Source: an uncultured Gammaproteobacteria bacterium (GTDB lineage: Bacteria > Patescibacteriota > Microgenomatia > Levybacterales > UBA12049). From it: a stretch of 64,000 nt of DNA. The stretch's first letter is position 1, and each line of letters opens with the position of its first letter. This document shows, piece by piece, positions 39,391-48,869 of this stretch. The notes beneath the pieces were generated by a model. The model did not search any database, was not told the origin of the DNA, and saw only the letters and a program-made list of their open reading frames with translations. The translations under genes were made by a program, and so were the position numbers. The DNA lies in assembly GCA_964653195.1 (NCBI GenBank), contig CAZZCX010000002.1:10921-74920 (forward strand). Reading direction: 5' to 3'.

Positions 39391-40869
39391 ATGATAACGA
39401 TTAAAAAAACTAACAAACACAATATTATTTCCAGCTTAATACAACATAAGTTACCTGTCTTAATATGTTTTTTATTCTTCACCGCATATTCTATCCTCTC
39501 TATAGTCCGCTTTCATCACTTTGGTGCATTTGGTTTCGATTTAGGACTAAGAAGTCAAACAGTTTGGGAATACAGCAGATTTAAAGCGCCAATAACTACT
39601 ATACACTTTTATCCTTTTAACAACATCCTTGCTGACCATTTAGAGCTTATTTATATCCCCATTTCACTTTCTTACTGGATTTGGTCTGACCCGCGTATGT
39701 TACTTTTAATTGAAGCATTTTATGTATGCTTTTCTGGATTAGCTATTTATCTTTTGGCAAAAGAAAAAAGCCTCCATAAACTAATTTGCCTGGGGCTAAT
39801 TATAAGCTATTTGTCTTTTTATGGAGTTCAACATGCTATGTGGTTTGATGTACATAGCGCGAGTTTTGGAGCAGGATCTATCGCGTGGTTTTTATACTTT
39901 TTAAACAAAAAAAATAAAAAGTGGATATTAATTTCATTCCTTTTAGCATTAGCTTCAAAAGAAAATATGGCTGCGCTTACTTTATTCATATCGCTTGTAT
40001 GGTATATATATAAAAAAGAAAAAATTGCATTATATTTAGGTTTATTTTCCGCCTTATATTTATTTTTTGTTTTTGGTTTATATTTTCCAAATGTAACTTC
40101 TGATGGCTATAGGTATTCCAATGAAGGTGGGATTGCTTCAAATATATTTAATATCAATTCATTTTATGATAGCCCTGATAAAAAAAATGTAATATTTTAC
40201 TCATTATTGTGGTTTGGGTTTATTCCTTTGCTTAATCCATTATTTTTAATTCCAGCTCTTGGTGACTTGTGGAATTATTTTGTAATAGCAAGCAATCTCA
40301 CTGCATCGCATGGGTTATATATGCACTACAGGGTTACATTGGCTCCACTTTTAACCTGGGCAACTATTTTCACTATTAGCAGATATAAACGAATGAATAA
40401 TCAATTTATAGGAATTTACCTATTTTTTTGTGCACTTTCATTACAATATTTTTTACATTTGCCACTGAGTTATCTTTCAAAAACATGGTTTTGGAATGAA
40501 CCTTCAAGCATCAAACACATAAATCGAATAATTAGATACCTTCCAGAAAATGCATCAGTTGTTTCACAAAATAATATAACTCCACATATTAGTAATCGGG
40601 AAAAAATATTTACTTTATGGCCAGAAATAAAAAATTTCTCCAATAATTCACCGTGCGGAAAAGAGAATTGTCAGTGGTTCAGGTGGGCCGGAGATCCTGA
40701 GTACCTTATAATAGACACATCAGTTAGTTGGGATAGCAGGCATCTTTTGATAAACAGAGAAGATTATATTCAAGGTATAAAGAATTTGGAAAGAGCTAAA
40801 CTTATTTTTAGGTTCAAACAATCAGATAATGCCGTTTTGTATAAAATAAAGAGGAGTTCTAATTTATAA
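39391..40869 (+). CDS. DUF2079-like membrane protein (putative GT-C)
   Basis: FDLG...Q.VW, LADH.ELI, FDVH, KEN motifs; multi-TM. Confidence 0.75.
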   Translation: MITIKKTNKHNIISSLIQHKLPVLICFLFFTAYSILSIVRFHHFGAFGFDLGLRSQTVWEYSRFKAPITTIHFYPFNNILADHLELIYIPISLSYWIWSDPRMLLLIEAFYVCFSGLAIYLLAKEKSLHKLICLGLIISYLSFYGVQHAMWFDVHSASFGAGSIAWFLYFLNKKNKKWILISFLLALASKENMAALTLFISLVWYIYKKEKIALYLGLFSALYLFFVFGLYFPNVTSDGYRYSNEGGIASNIFNINSFYDSPDKKNVIFYSLLWFGFIPLLNPLFLIPALGDLWNYFVIASNLTASHGLYMHYRVTLAPLLTWATIFTISRYKRMNNQFIGIYLFFCALSLQYFLHLPLSYLSKTWFWNEPSSIKHINRIIRYLPENASVVSQNNITPHISNREKIFTLWPEIKNFSNNSPCGKENCQWFRWAGDPEYLIIDTSVSWDSRHLLINREDYIQGIKNLERAKLIFRFKQSDNAVLYKIKRSSNL

Positions 40870-40938
40870 TCAATTTATGTAGCAGATTAGCTTGAATAAG
40901 ATAATAAATTAAAAACGTTTATTTATCGCTCCAATAAT

Positions 40939-41907
40939 TTAGTCTATTATTCTAATTCTTTTAAAATTCTTACCTTTCAAGCCTTCAATTTGAATATCTT
41001 CCCAAGTAAATGTTGCCTTTTCTAGTTGACGAGGAGTAAGCACTAACTCTGCGTAAGTATTATTTTCTTTTTTTAGAACACCTACTGCAGCCCAGAATTT
41101 AGCCAATGATCGCTTTGTACTCCCAGTCACAACACAATCAGGATAAAAAGTAGGACATGTCCAAATAATATCCTCTGCATCACAGTACTCCCGCAAAGTC
41201 TTTGTCTTGAAAATTGCTTGATGCTCTAATTCAACTTTCTCACGCCATAAAGGATCATCCGCTTGGCCTGGGGTCAATTTTACATTTAGTTCTGTAGCAG
41301 CTTTCATAACTTCAGTCAGAATTGGTAAATTACCGTTGTTTTCTCTCAAAACTTCACTTTTTGCAATCTCCATTTCAGCATAATAAGATTCCGGATCTTC
41401 AAATAAATCATAATGTCTTGTATAATTCACTGATATATTCGAAGGTAAATAAGGCTCAATGAATCTAATTAAATCCTTGAAAGTATCGCTATATTTATCG
41501 GTTTCATGACGAGGAATATTATTCAAAGTCTGAACTGAAACATCCTGAGATAAGTATTCAAAAATAACACCAGGTTTATAAACGCTTGATATCAATCGTG
41601 CCCATTGCAGAAAATATGTAAGACTAAATAACTCTGCCCAATCAATTTCCGGCGCTTCTTCAAATCGCCAAAGCTTATTTCCTCCGAACATCTCAACAAT
41701 TCTAATTGGTTTACTTTCTGAAACAGCGATATCAATGGCTTTTTTTGTCATATTTACACACAGTTCCGCGGGCTTAAGTTTGCGGAATTTTTTAGACATC
41801 ACTTTAGAATAAACTGCGTTTTCAAGTGATATATCACCAGTTTCTATAAACGGAAGAGGCTCTTTAAGTGCCTCAATTGTCGTAATTATATATTCTTTAG
41901 CTGTCAT
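40939..41907 (-). CDS. Hypothetical cytoplasmic protein, possible distant Dit1/PvcA-like fold
   Basis: 322-aa ORF; P.IDWAELFSL.......I.SVYKPGV.F..LSQD resembles the PvcA core segment. Confidence 0.45.
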   Translation of the reverse strand: MTAKEYIITTIEALKEPLPFIETGDISLENAVYSKVMSKKFRKLKPAELCVNMTKKAIDIAVSESKPIRIVEMFGGNKLWRFEEAPEIDWAELFSLTYFLQWARLISSVYKPGVIFEYLSQDVSVQTLNNIPRHETDKYSDTFKDLIRFIEPYLPSNISVNYTRHYDLFEDPESYYAEMEIAKSEVLRENNGNLPILTEVMKAATELNVKLTPGQADDPLWREKVELEHQAIFKTKTLREYCDAEDIIWTCPTFYPDCVVTGSTKRSLAKFWAAVGVLKKENNTYAELVLTPRQLEKATFTWEDIQIEGLKGKNFKRIRIID

Positions 41908-42048
41908 ATAAATTTCAAATAATCAATGTATACATCTTTCCAGATGCTTAAATATGAACCAATGTATCCATGGTATGGTAGCATACAGAATGAGAACCCA
42001 CAAGATTTTCAATAATCAAATATATAGATGCGAAAAGGATAGTAATAT

Positions 42049-42720
42049 TTATAAATTATAAGTTAGCCTATAAAGACATTTATCTTTCTTAAAATCAGGA
42101 ACTTTACTATTCACCTTATATACCTCAATACTGCTGGCATTTAATTTGCCAAAATCTTTATTCTTATTTGTTTTTATGATATTTAATAAATTAGTTGAAG
42201 GTTTTTGAGTATATCTTAAGTAATTCATCCAGCCTATATATTCATAAAACTTCAAATATTTTGAATATGAATCACCTTTTTGCTTTATACTACTTCTTAA
42301 TTCTTGCCTTACTTCATATAAAGAAAAATTTACAGGAAGTGCGTGAATTGATGAACAATACTCATTACTCCCTATCCCTCGCATTTGAAATTCCAATTTT
42401 TGTTTTTGTAATGTTTTATTTACACTAGTTATAATCGTTTTTACATCACAATCCTGATGTATTCCTCCAAGTATTGTAATATGTAAATAATCGACACCAT
42501 AATAATACTGATTTGGTTCAATTTCGGTTAACCTATTTATATATTCCTGAATTGTATTTATAAATATGTCATTTGGGCGAATTACAATAGTATAATTATC
42601 TTCAATTATCTCATTTTTAAATCGCTTAACTTTTTCAGGAGTTAATTCCATTAATTGCTTATTACTTTGATTATAAAAAGCCTTCAATAATCCGTTATGC
42701 ATAAAAAATAATCTTAACAT
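42049..42720 (-). CDS. 2H-phosphoesterase/2'-5' RNA ligase-like protein (start possibly 42651)
   Basis: First HxT motif LHITILG; second motif not recognisable. Confidence 0.5.
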   Translation of the reverse strand: MLRLFFMHNGLLKAFYNQSNKQLMELTPEKVKRFKNEIIEDNYTIVIRPNDIFINTIQEYINRLTEIEPNQYYYGVDYLHITILGGIHQDCDVKTIITSVNKTLQKQKLEFQMRGIGSNEYCSSIHALPVNFSLYEVRQELRSSIKQKGDSYSKYLKFYEYIGWMNYLRYTQKPSTNLLNIIKTNKNKDFGKLNASSIEVYKVNSKVPDFKKDKCLYRLTYNL

Positions 42721-42807
42721 ATCTAAACATCTAGATTTATTTATCTTAGACTATAGGATGTAGATATTCCCAGGCACAAATGCATGAATTTGTTGTTATA
42801 ATAGGCT

Positions 42808-44187
42808 ATGGCGCGAAAGATAAATCGAAACATAACGGGAAAAGTGTCACCTCTAAAAGGCTTAGGTTCAAGCGTGAATTTAACCAATACTGAACTCAGT
42901 CATATAATAGGTCAGGCAGCAGCGATCAGATATTTCGACGAAAATTCTCGAGAAGATTTTACCGTTATTAATGAAATTCTGAAAGATAAACGTGTGAAAA
43001 GCTGGATGGATGATGCTGGCAAGATAACTTGGACTGACTATAAAGATTGGTCAGGCAGGCACTCAAATGACTCTTTTCTGTTCTCAGTCCATGACAGTAG
43101 GCTCAAAAACGAGAACGAAATTAAAGTTATCAAAGGATTTGTGAATATATACTCAGGGCACGGTGAAAAATACCGTGCTAAGCGTTTGATTCAATTAGGT
43201 ATACTTCCAAAAAATAAAAGTAAACATATTCTTGAAATTAGTATGGCAGTAAGACCGCTTCAAGATGGTCAAATTACAGGCTCAGGACTTATGTCGAGTG
43301 CATTGAGGCAAAGCTGCCTTCAAGTACGATCCTGGTTAGGAAGTATGCAGGATTCGGAGCTAGTTATTTATGGTTTTATAGATCCCAAAAACCTAGCCTC
43401 AATTCGGGCAATTGAGGCAGCAGGATTTGTCAAAAAAGGTAAAGCGAAATATGACTCAACTGCAAGTGAGGATTCATTGGTATACATTCTTAGCTGGCGA
43501 AAACTTAAAAAAAAGCTCCGTGAGAGAATTAATATAGCATTACGAAATAAAATGAAGGTGATCACTGAACCACAAAAAACCAATTCTCACTGTGGCCCAT
43601 CAGTCATAAAAGCGCTTCTAGGATTTCAGGGAATCAACGTCTCCCAAGATGAAGTAGTAGAAGCTGCGCTTGTCAAAAAAACAATAAATGAATACGGTAT
43701 GCAGCCTCATCATCTAGCAAAAGCAGTAAAAAAACTAGGTAAAAATGTGAAATTCTGGTTCAAGCAGGAAGCAGACATAAACGATCTGGAAAAACTGATA
43801 CATAAATTCAAAATACCAGTAGGCATAAATTGGCAGGGGTTATTTTATGATTCTGTACAAGAAGAGAAACAAAAATGGAAAAACTCAGACAGAGGTCATT
43901 ATAGTATCTTGGTGTCAGTAGATAAAAAAAGAGGAGAATTAGTTATCGATGATCCATATCCAGATTACTTTAATACTCCACGTGTATTCACTTATAAATG
44001 GTTTATAAAAAGATGGCATGATAGTGATTTGAAGATAGACAATAAAAAAGGCACAAAGAGTATCACGAAAACGAAAAGATTTATATTTCTGATTGCACCG
44101 AAAAAATTTATTTTCCCGAAGAATTTGGGCATGAAAACAGCTAATCAATTATCAGAGTTGGAAAAAATAGAAGAAATTATGAAATAA
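42808..44187 (+). CDS. Fusion of a RimJ/RimL-type GNAT domain and a C39-like cysteine peptidase
   Basis: GSGLMS, IDPKNLASIRAIEAAGF (GNAT); Q....CGP, GHYSIL, IDDPY (Cys-His-Asp). Confidence 0.75.
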   Translation: MARKINRNITGKVSPLKGLGSSVNLTNTELSHIIGQAAAIRYFDENSREDFTVINEILKDKRVKSWMDDAGKITWTDYKDWSGRHSNDSFLFSVHDSRLKNENEIKVIKGFVNIYSGHGEKYRAKRLIQLGILPKNKSKHILEISMAVRPLQDGQITGSGLMSSALRQSCLQVRSWLGSMQDSELVIYGFIDPKNLASIRAIEAAGFVKKGKAKYDSTASEDSLVYILSWRKLKKKLRERINIALRNKMKVITEPQKTNSHCGPSVIKALLGFQGINVSQDEVVEAALVKKTINEYGMQPHHLAKAVKKLGKNVKFWFKQEADINDLEKLIHKFKIPVGINWQGLFYDSVQEEKQKWKNSDRGHYSILVSVDKKRGELVIDDPYPDYFNTPRVFTYKWFIKRWHDSDLKIDNKKGTKSITKTKRFIFLIAPKKFIFPKNLGMKTANQLSELEKIEEIMK

Positions 44188-44233
44188 AAAGTATCGCAAA
44201 TAAATAAAATTATTGTTGTGTTATACTTTTACA

Positions 44234-44389
44234 ATGGATATAAAAAGTAAGCTGCTTCTGATAATTTTTTTAACTCTGATACTATTTATTATTCAATCTG
44301 GTACTTCAAAAGCATTTAGAGATAATAGACAATTTAACATTAAACCTACACCCGCAATAGAATCCTTCGCTATAAATTATAATTCATAA
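44234..44389 (+). CDS. Small single-TM or secreted peptide, 51 aa (below the ORF-track cut-off)
   Basis: MDIKSKLLLIIFLTLILFIIQSGTSKAFRDNRQFNIKPTPAIESFAINYNS*; TGtTATACT 6 nt upstream of the ATG. Confidence 0.5.
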   Translation: MDIKSKLLLIIFLTLILFIIQSGTSKAFRDNRQFNIKPTPAIESFAINYNS

Positions 44390-45723
44390 CTATTACCGTT
44401 CTCAGGCAATATAACTTCAATTTCTGGATTAGATTCTCTAATCTTTTCAGAAAGGATTTCTCGCTGAACTTTTTCGCCATGAGTTAAAAAAACCTTCTTT
44501 GTATCTTTGATATGCCCTAACCATTTAATAAGCCTAGGCTGATCTGCATGTGAGCTTAGGATTTTGATTTCGCGTATTTTCGCTTTCACCTCTACCTGTA
44601 CCCCATCCACTGAAACATTTTTTGAACCTTCTAGTATTTTTCTCCCCAGGGTGTTTTCTGCCTGGTATCCAACAAATAATAATCGTGTAGAGGCTAGAGA
44701 CAAATAGCTTAAAGCATGATGAATAATCCTACCCCCAGACATCATTCCTGACCCCGCTATGATAACTTTTGGATCATCAGTGCTACTTATTTCTCTACTA
44801 TCTCTTGAGTCATAAGTAACCTCAAGCCCTTCAAAATTAAAAGGAATACTAGTATGAGACTTTATTTCATCATTTTGGAATTCTTTAAACTCCATATAAG
44901 GCATAGTCGCATCAATGCCCATTGGACTATCTAAAAACACTCTAGTTTCCGATCGTATCTTGCCATCTTTTTTCAAATGATGAATAATGTGCAATATCTC
45001 TTGTGTTCGCTCAATTGCGAATACCGGAATTAACAATACGCCAGGATTTGCTTCTATTTCATTTATCTCGTTTTTGATGATTTCTTCTGGGTCTTCATTT
45101 GGATGAGCTGAGTCCCCATATGTTGATTCCATTACTACAAAATCAGCATTATCTATATACTCAGTAGGCTTTACTATCGACTGAGGGGTATTGCCTAAAT
45201 CTCCGCTAAATGCAATTCTTGAATTCATTTCTTCTGTCAAATCTGTTACTACAATACTTGATGAACCTAAAATATGTCCGGCATCCCAAAATACGGCACT
45301 GAAACTATTAGTTTTAATTACTTCACCGTAATCAACTACTTTTATAAGTTTAAGTGTCTTTTCTACTTCATCCAAGGTATATAAGGGTTCACGAGAAATA
45401 TCTTTTGAAGCTATTCTGGCTGAATCTTTTAAAATTATTTCTACCAACTCTCTTGTCGGTTTTGTCATATATATTTTTCCATAAAATCCACCATAAACCA
45501 AAAGAGGCAACCGTCCGCTATGGTCAAGATGAGCATGCGTTAAAAAAACCGCTTCCAAAGCCGATGGCTGAAACTGCAGTAGATCATAATTATGTAATTC
45601 CAACTTTTCATCACCTTGAAACATTCCTAAATCTACCAGTACCTGTGAGTTATTTTTACCGGTCAGCAGATATGATGATCCGGTAACTTCATTGCTTCCT
45701 GAGCCAATTACGTTTAATTTCAT
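44377..45723 (-). CDS. MBL-fold beta-CASP ribonuclease
   Basis: THAHLDHSG, AGHILGS, SGDLG, MESTYG, GSGMMSGGR, SSHADQ, THGE. Confidence 0.93.
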   Translation of the reverse strand: MKLNVIGSGSNEVTGSSYLLTGKNNSQVLVDLGMFQGDEKLELHNYDLLQFQPSALEAVFLTHAHLDHSGRLPLLVYGGFYGKIYMTKPTRELVEIILKDSARIASKDISREPLYTLDEVEKTLKLIKVVDYGEVIKTNSFSAVFWDAGHILGSSSIVVTDLTEEMNSRIAFSGDLGNTPQSIVKPTEYIDNADFVVMESTYGDSAHPNEDPEEIIKNEINEIEANPGVLLIPVFAIERTQEILHIIHHLKKDGKIRSETRVFLDSPMGIDATMPYMEFKEFQNDEIKSHTSIPFNFEGLEVTYDSRDSREISSTDDPKVIIAGSGMMSGGRIIHHALSYLSLASTRLLFVGYQAENTLGRKILEGSKNVSVDGVQVEVKAKIREIKILSSHADQPRLIKWLGHIKDTKKVFLTHGEKVQREILSEKIRESNPEIEVILPENGNSYEL

Positions 45724-45780
45724 GATCTTTAGTATAATAATATTTGAGTAAAAAAACTAGTTTGAATTTTTTAGTAAACA

Positions 45781-46104
45781 ATGTTTAATATTATTCTTTC
45801 ATTACATATCATAGGTGCATCAATTTTCTTATATGTCATAATCGTGTCCTTAGTTAATTTACACAAGAGAGATCTGAAACAAACTAAAGAAACCGCTTTA
45901 AATTTAGCCTTAATTACAATATTTCAGTTAGTGAGTGGTCTTATTCTAGTTATAATAAATAATCAAGCAAATTCTTATTCGTCAGTCTGTGCAAAAACGG
46001 GATTATATATACTAACTTCAGCAGTTGCGGAAATTTTACTTTATTGTAAATTAAAAAACATTAAGTTACTTAATTTGTTTTTTAAAGATTATTTTAATAT
46101 TTAG
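45781..46104 (+). CDS. Small membrane protein, unknown function
   Basis: 107 aa with about 3 hydrophobic segments. Confidence 0.6.
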   Translation: MFNIILSLHIIGASIFLYVIIVSLVNLHKRDLKQTKETALNLALITIFQLVSGLILVIINNQANSYSSVCAKTGLYILTSAVAEILLYCKLKNIKLLNLFFKDYFNI

Positions 46105-46532
46105 GGATTTGCAGTTATTAATCTAAAATTAGCTATGTCTTTTGCAATATCATACAGCGGAGCTTTTTTATCAAATGAATGTAGTTTATCCTGACTTATC
46201 CATTGGAATGCATCATGATCGGTGTCTAGAGAAACATTCTCATTATTATCTGTAATTCTACATTCATAGGTAATCCGCACGATATCAGATGTTCCGTCAT
46301 GATTCCCATGAGTAGTTACAGATAGCGGACGAACAGCTTTTGCATTTAAACCTACTTCTTCAAATACTTCTCTTTCTATACTCTCTTCAGGACGTTCACC
46401 CGAATCTAGCCCTCCTCCTGGTAGTTCCCAACGTCCAGGGAATGTGTCGTGTGAAGCACGACGTACCAATAAGACTTTTCCTTCACTATTTACAATAAAC
46501 GCAAAAGTTGCAACAAAAATTTTTTTATTCAT
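46101..46532 (-). CDS. NUDIX hydrolase (MutT-like)
   Basis: WELPGG.LDSGE......REVFEEVG. Confidence 0.9.
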   Translation of the reverse strand: MNKKIFVATFAFIVNSEGKVLLVRRASHDTFPGRWELPGGGLDSGERPEESIEREVFEEVGLNAKAVRPLSVTTHGNHDGTSDIVRITYECRITDNNENVSLDTDHDAFQWISQDKLHSFDKKAPLYDIAKDIANFRLITANP

Positions 46533-46719
46533 ATTAATTAAATCAATCTGCCTTATTTAAAATGGTAAATCGTGGATAGGCAGAATCAACAGTTCTATGT
46601 AAATTTAGTTATAGCCGAAGTTTTGAGAAGAACTGCAAACAAAAAATAATATTAACATTTTTCAACTTAAAAAACAACTAGACTTCACATTATAAGACAT
46701 AAATAGTATAATGCACAAC

Positions 46720-48018
46720 ATGAATAAATCAAAAAACCAGTTACTTGATATTAGTAAAAAGGTCAGATCTAATCAGCCAATCAACCTAGATGAATTAAAC
46801 TTACTTTTAAAGTTCGAGAATAATAGCGAAGATAGTTTTATAGTAAAATTTCTAAAGCATGTGGCTCTTCCCGCTTCTTTAGTAATCGGCTTTTTTTTCG
46901 CAGCTTTTCCTGACACATTTATTTCAATCTCACAAGATTTGCCAAAATGGACAAATTTATCAAATGAAATGCTTCGTGGAGTTGACTATTTTTGGGATAT
47001 ACTAGGCGAACCCGTAGGCAAAGCAAATATAGTATTTCACCTTCCAAATATAATCTTCTATTCTTTCGGCGTTTTAGGTATGAAGAGTATTATTGATTCC
47101 ATTAATAGACGCGCATGGATCGATAAGATACTCAATGCACAGATCAAACTTAAAGAAAATCTAGAAAAAGGTACAATCTCATACTCACTCTCTAAAAAAC
47201 ACTCTATCCTATTTGTAGGCAATGGAGACTTCATTGGCATGCAGTATGTTTTAAACCATACATCCTCAGCGATAATTGTTTCGTCACATTTACCTTCTTA
47301 TACGAATGTTTGGAATTACTATGATTCAAATACATTATATGACGATTTGAAAGAAGTAATTAAACGTTGTGCAGGAAAAGACGCCGGAGAGTATATATTT
47401 TTTCCAGTAAAGGATGATCAGATATTTCTGCCAAATGAAAAAGCATATGATCTCTCACCGCATAAACTTGACATACTATGTAAAAATATTCGGACAATTG
47501 AAAAAGAATTCGGTTGGAAACCAAAGAAAATAATAATAATCGGAGACAAATTTCACCAAAGCTATGTTCATTCAGTCGATCAAAGAAGGATTATTCCAAA
47601 AAGTGCAGATACACTTTCACTGCAAAACCTTTCCAATAAATACAATAATATTATGCTATTAGATCCTACAGATATAGTCCTAAAAAAAATCCTTTTAATT
47701 GCTAAAGATCGAAAAATTGTGTTTAGAGCAACCAAAGAAGGTATTAATGAATACAAAGAAAGATTTTATAAAAGGTTGAGGCTTCTTAATTATAAAGAGC
47801 GTTCAGGGAAAAAAGGAATCCTTACCATAGGTTATGATATTTTCGAAGATCAAACTGAACAGCAAACACTTTCGAGGATTATCGATGATTATTTACCTGT
47901 AGTACTCTCAAAAAACGTCCGGGATGCACTTATACGTAATGGCTATAGTCAAAATGAATTTTTATATGTACCAGAATTAGTACTCTCACATCTCACTCGC
48001 GAAGCAGCAAAACAATAA
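46720..48018 (+). CDS. Hypothetical protein: two N-terminal TM segments plus a cytoplasmic alpha/beta region
   Basis: Long ORF; promoter TTCACA-17-TATAAT (46684-46712) places the start at the second ATG, 46720. Confidence 0.6.
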   Translation: MNKSKNQLLDISKKVRSNQPINLDELNLLLKFENNSEDSFIVKFLKHVALPASLVIGFFFAAFPDTFISISQDLPKWTNLSNEMLRGVDYFWDILGEPVGKANIVFHLPNIIFYSFGVLGMKSIIDSINRRAWIDKILNAQIKLKENLEKGTISYSLSKKHSILFVGNGDFIGMQYVLNHTSSAIIVSSHLPSYTNVWNYYDSNTLYDDLKEVIKRCAGKDAGEYIFFPVKDDQIFLPNEKAYDLSPHKLDILCKNIRTIEKEFGWKPKKIIIIGDKFHQSYVHSVDQRRIIPKSADTLSLQNLSNKYNNIMLLDPTDIVLKKILLIAKDRKIVFRATKEGINEYKERFYKRLRLLNYKERSGKKGILTIGYDIFEDQTEQQTLSRIIDDYLPVVLSKNVRDALIRNGYSQNEFLYVPELVLSHLTREAAKQ

Positions 48019-48032
48019 GTTTAAAATACAAA

Positions 48033-48073
48033 AAATAACGGAAGATTGAGTCAACTCAAAACTTCCGTTATTT
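48033..48073 (-). terminator. Intrinsic terminator of the RRM gene (possibly bidirectional)
   Basis: AAATAACGGAAG / CTTCCGTTATTT 12-bp IR with inner TTGAG/CTCAA; T-run on the minus strand. Confidence 0.8.
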
Positions 48074-48088
48074 AGGATTCAGAATCGA

Positions 48089-48418
48089 TTAATAATCTCT
48101 TCTTCCCCCTCTGCGGTCATTATTATAGCCACCACGGCCACCCCCAGAAAAATTTCTAGGACCTCGATCTTCTTGAGGTTTTGCCTCAGAAACATTGATC
48201 TTTCTACCGTCCAGATCTTGACCGTTAAGCTCATTAAGAGCTTTTTCAGCCTCTTCTGGTGTCGCCATTTCGACGAACCCAAAACCTCGAGACTTATTTG
48301 TCTCTCGATCTCGAATTACTTTTGCCGAAACTACTGTACCGGCTGACGCGAAGAATTGTCCAAGCGTATCATCTGTGGTTGTCCAAGCTAGACTACCAAC
48401 GAATAATTTAGTACTCAT
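48089..48418 (-). CDS. RRM RNA-binding protein with Gly/Arg-rich tail
   Basis: RNP2 LFVGSL, RNP1 RGFGFVEM, RGG tail; strong SD AAGGAGGG. Confidence 0.95.
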   Translation of the reverse strand: MSTKLFVGSLAWTTTDDTLGQFFASAGTVVSAKVIRDRETNKSRGFGFVEMATPEEAEKALNELNGQDLDGRKINVSEAKPQEDRGPRNFSGGGRGGYNNDRRGGRRDY

Positions 48419-48869
48419 TTTGTGTTTTCCCTCCTTTCTTTATAAAACTCGTGGAAAGCACTGGTAATCGAACTTAGGGAGGCTATTAATATAAAATATT
48501 AAAGTTAACCTAAAACTAACTTACAGTCTTATCAACACTGTATGCATTATATCATATTTGGTTACTTTATTTATTGCCAAAAAGCAGACCAATAGACAGT
48601 ACCCCTTTTTATTAGACTAGTCCCTCTTTTCCAAGCCGATGCAGCATTAATTTCAAAGTCGTATTTACATTTAAGTTTTGTGCCTGAATCTTATGAATTA
48701 CGGCAATTTGAAAAATACTAAATATAATTAAAACCAAGAATTTAATTACTCTCATAAACTAATTATGTCAAAGCCATTTTGGTATTGCAAAATGTATTAA
48801 GCTCTATAAAATTAACAACTAATTTAACTTATTGCTAAAATTGACTTAAAAGTTTTATACTCACAATTA

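Noticed and set aside
35421-46532. Prophage, integrative island or anti-phage defence cluster downstream of the tRNA
   Set aside because: No integrase, phage structural gene, distal att repeat or recognisable defence gene; contents look like ordinary accessory genes
48079-48282. 67-aa minus-strand ORF
   Set aside because: Alternative frame inside the RRM gene
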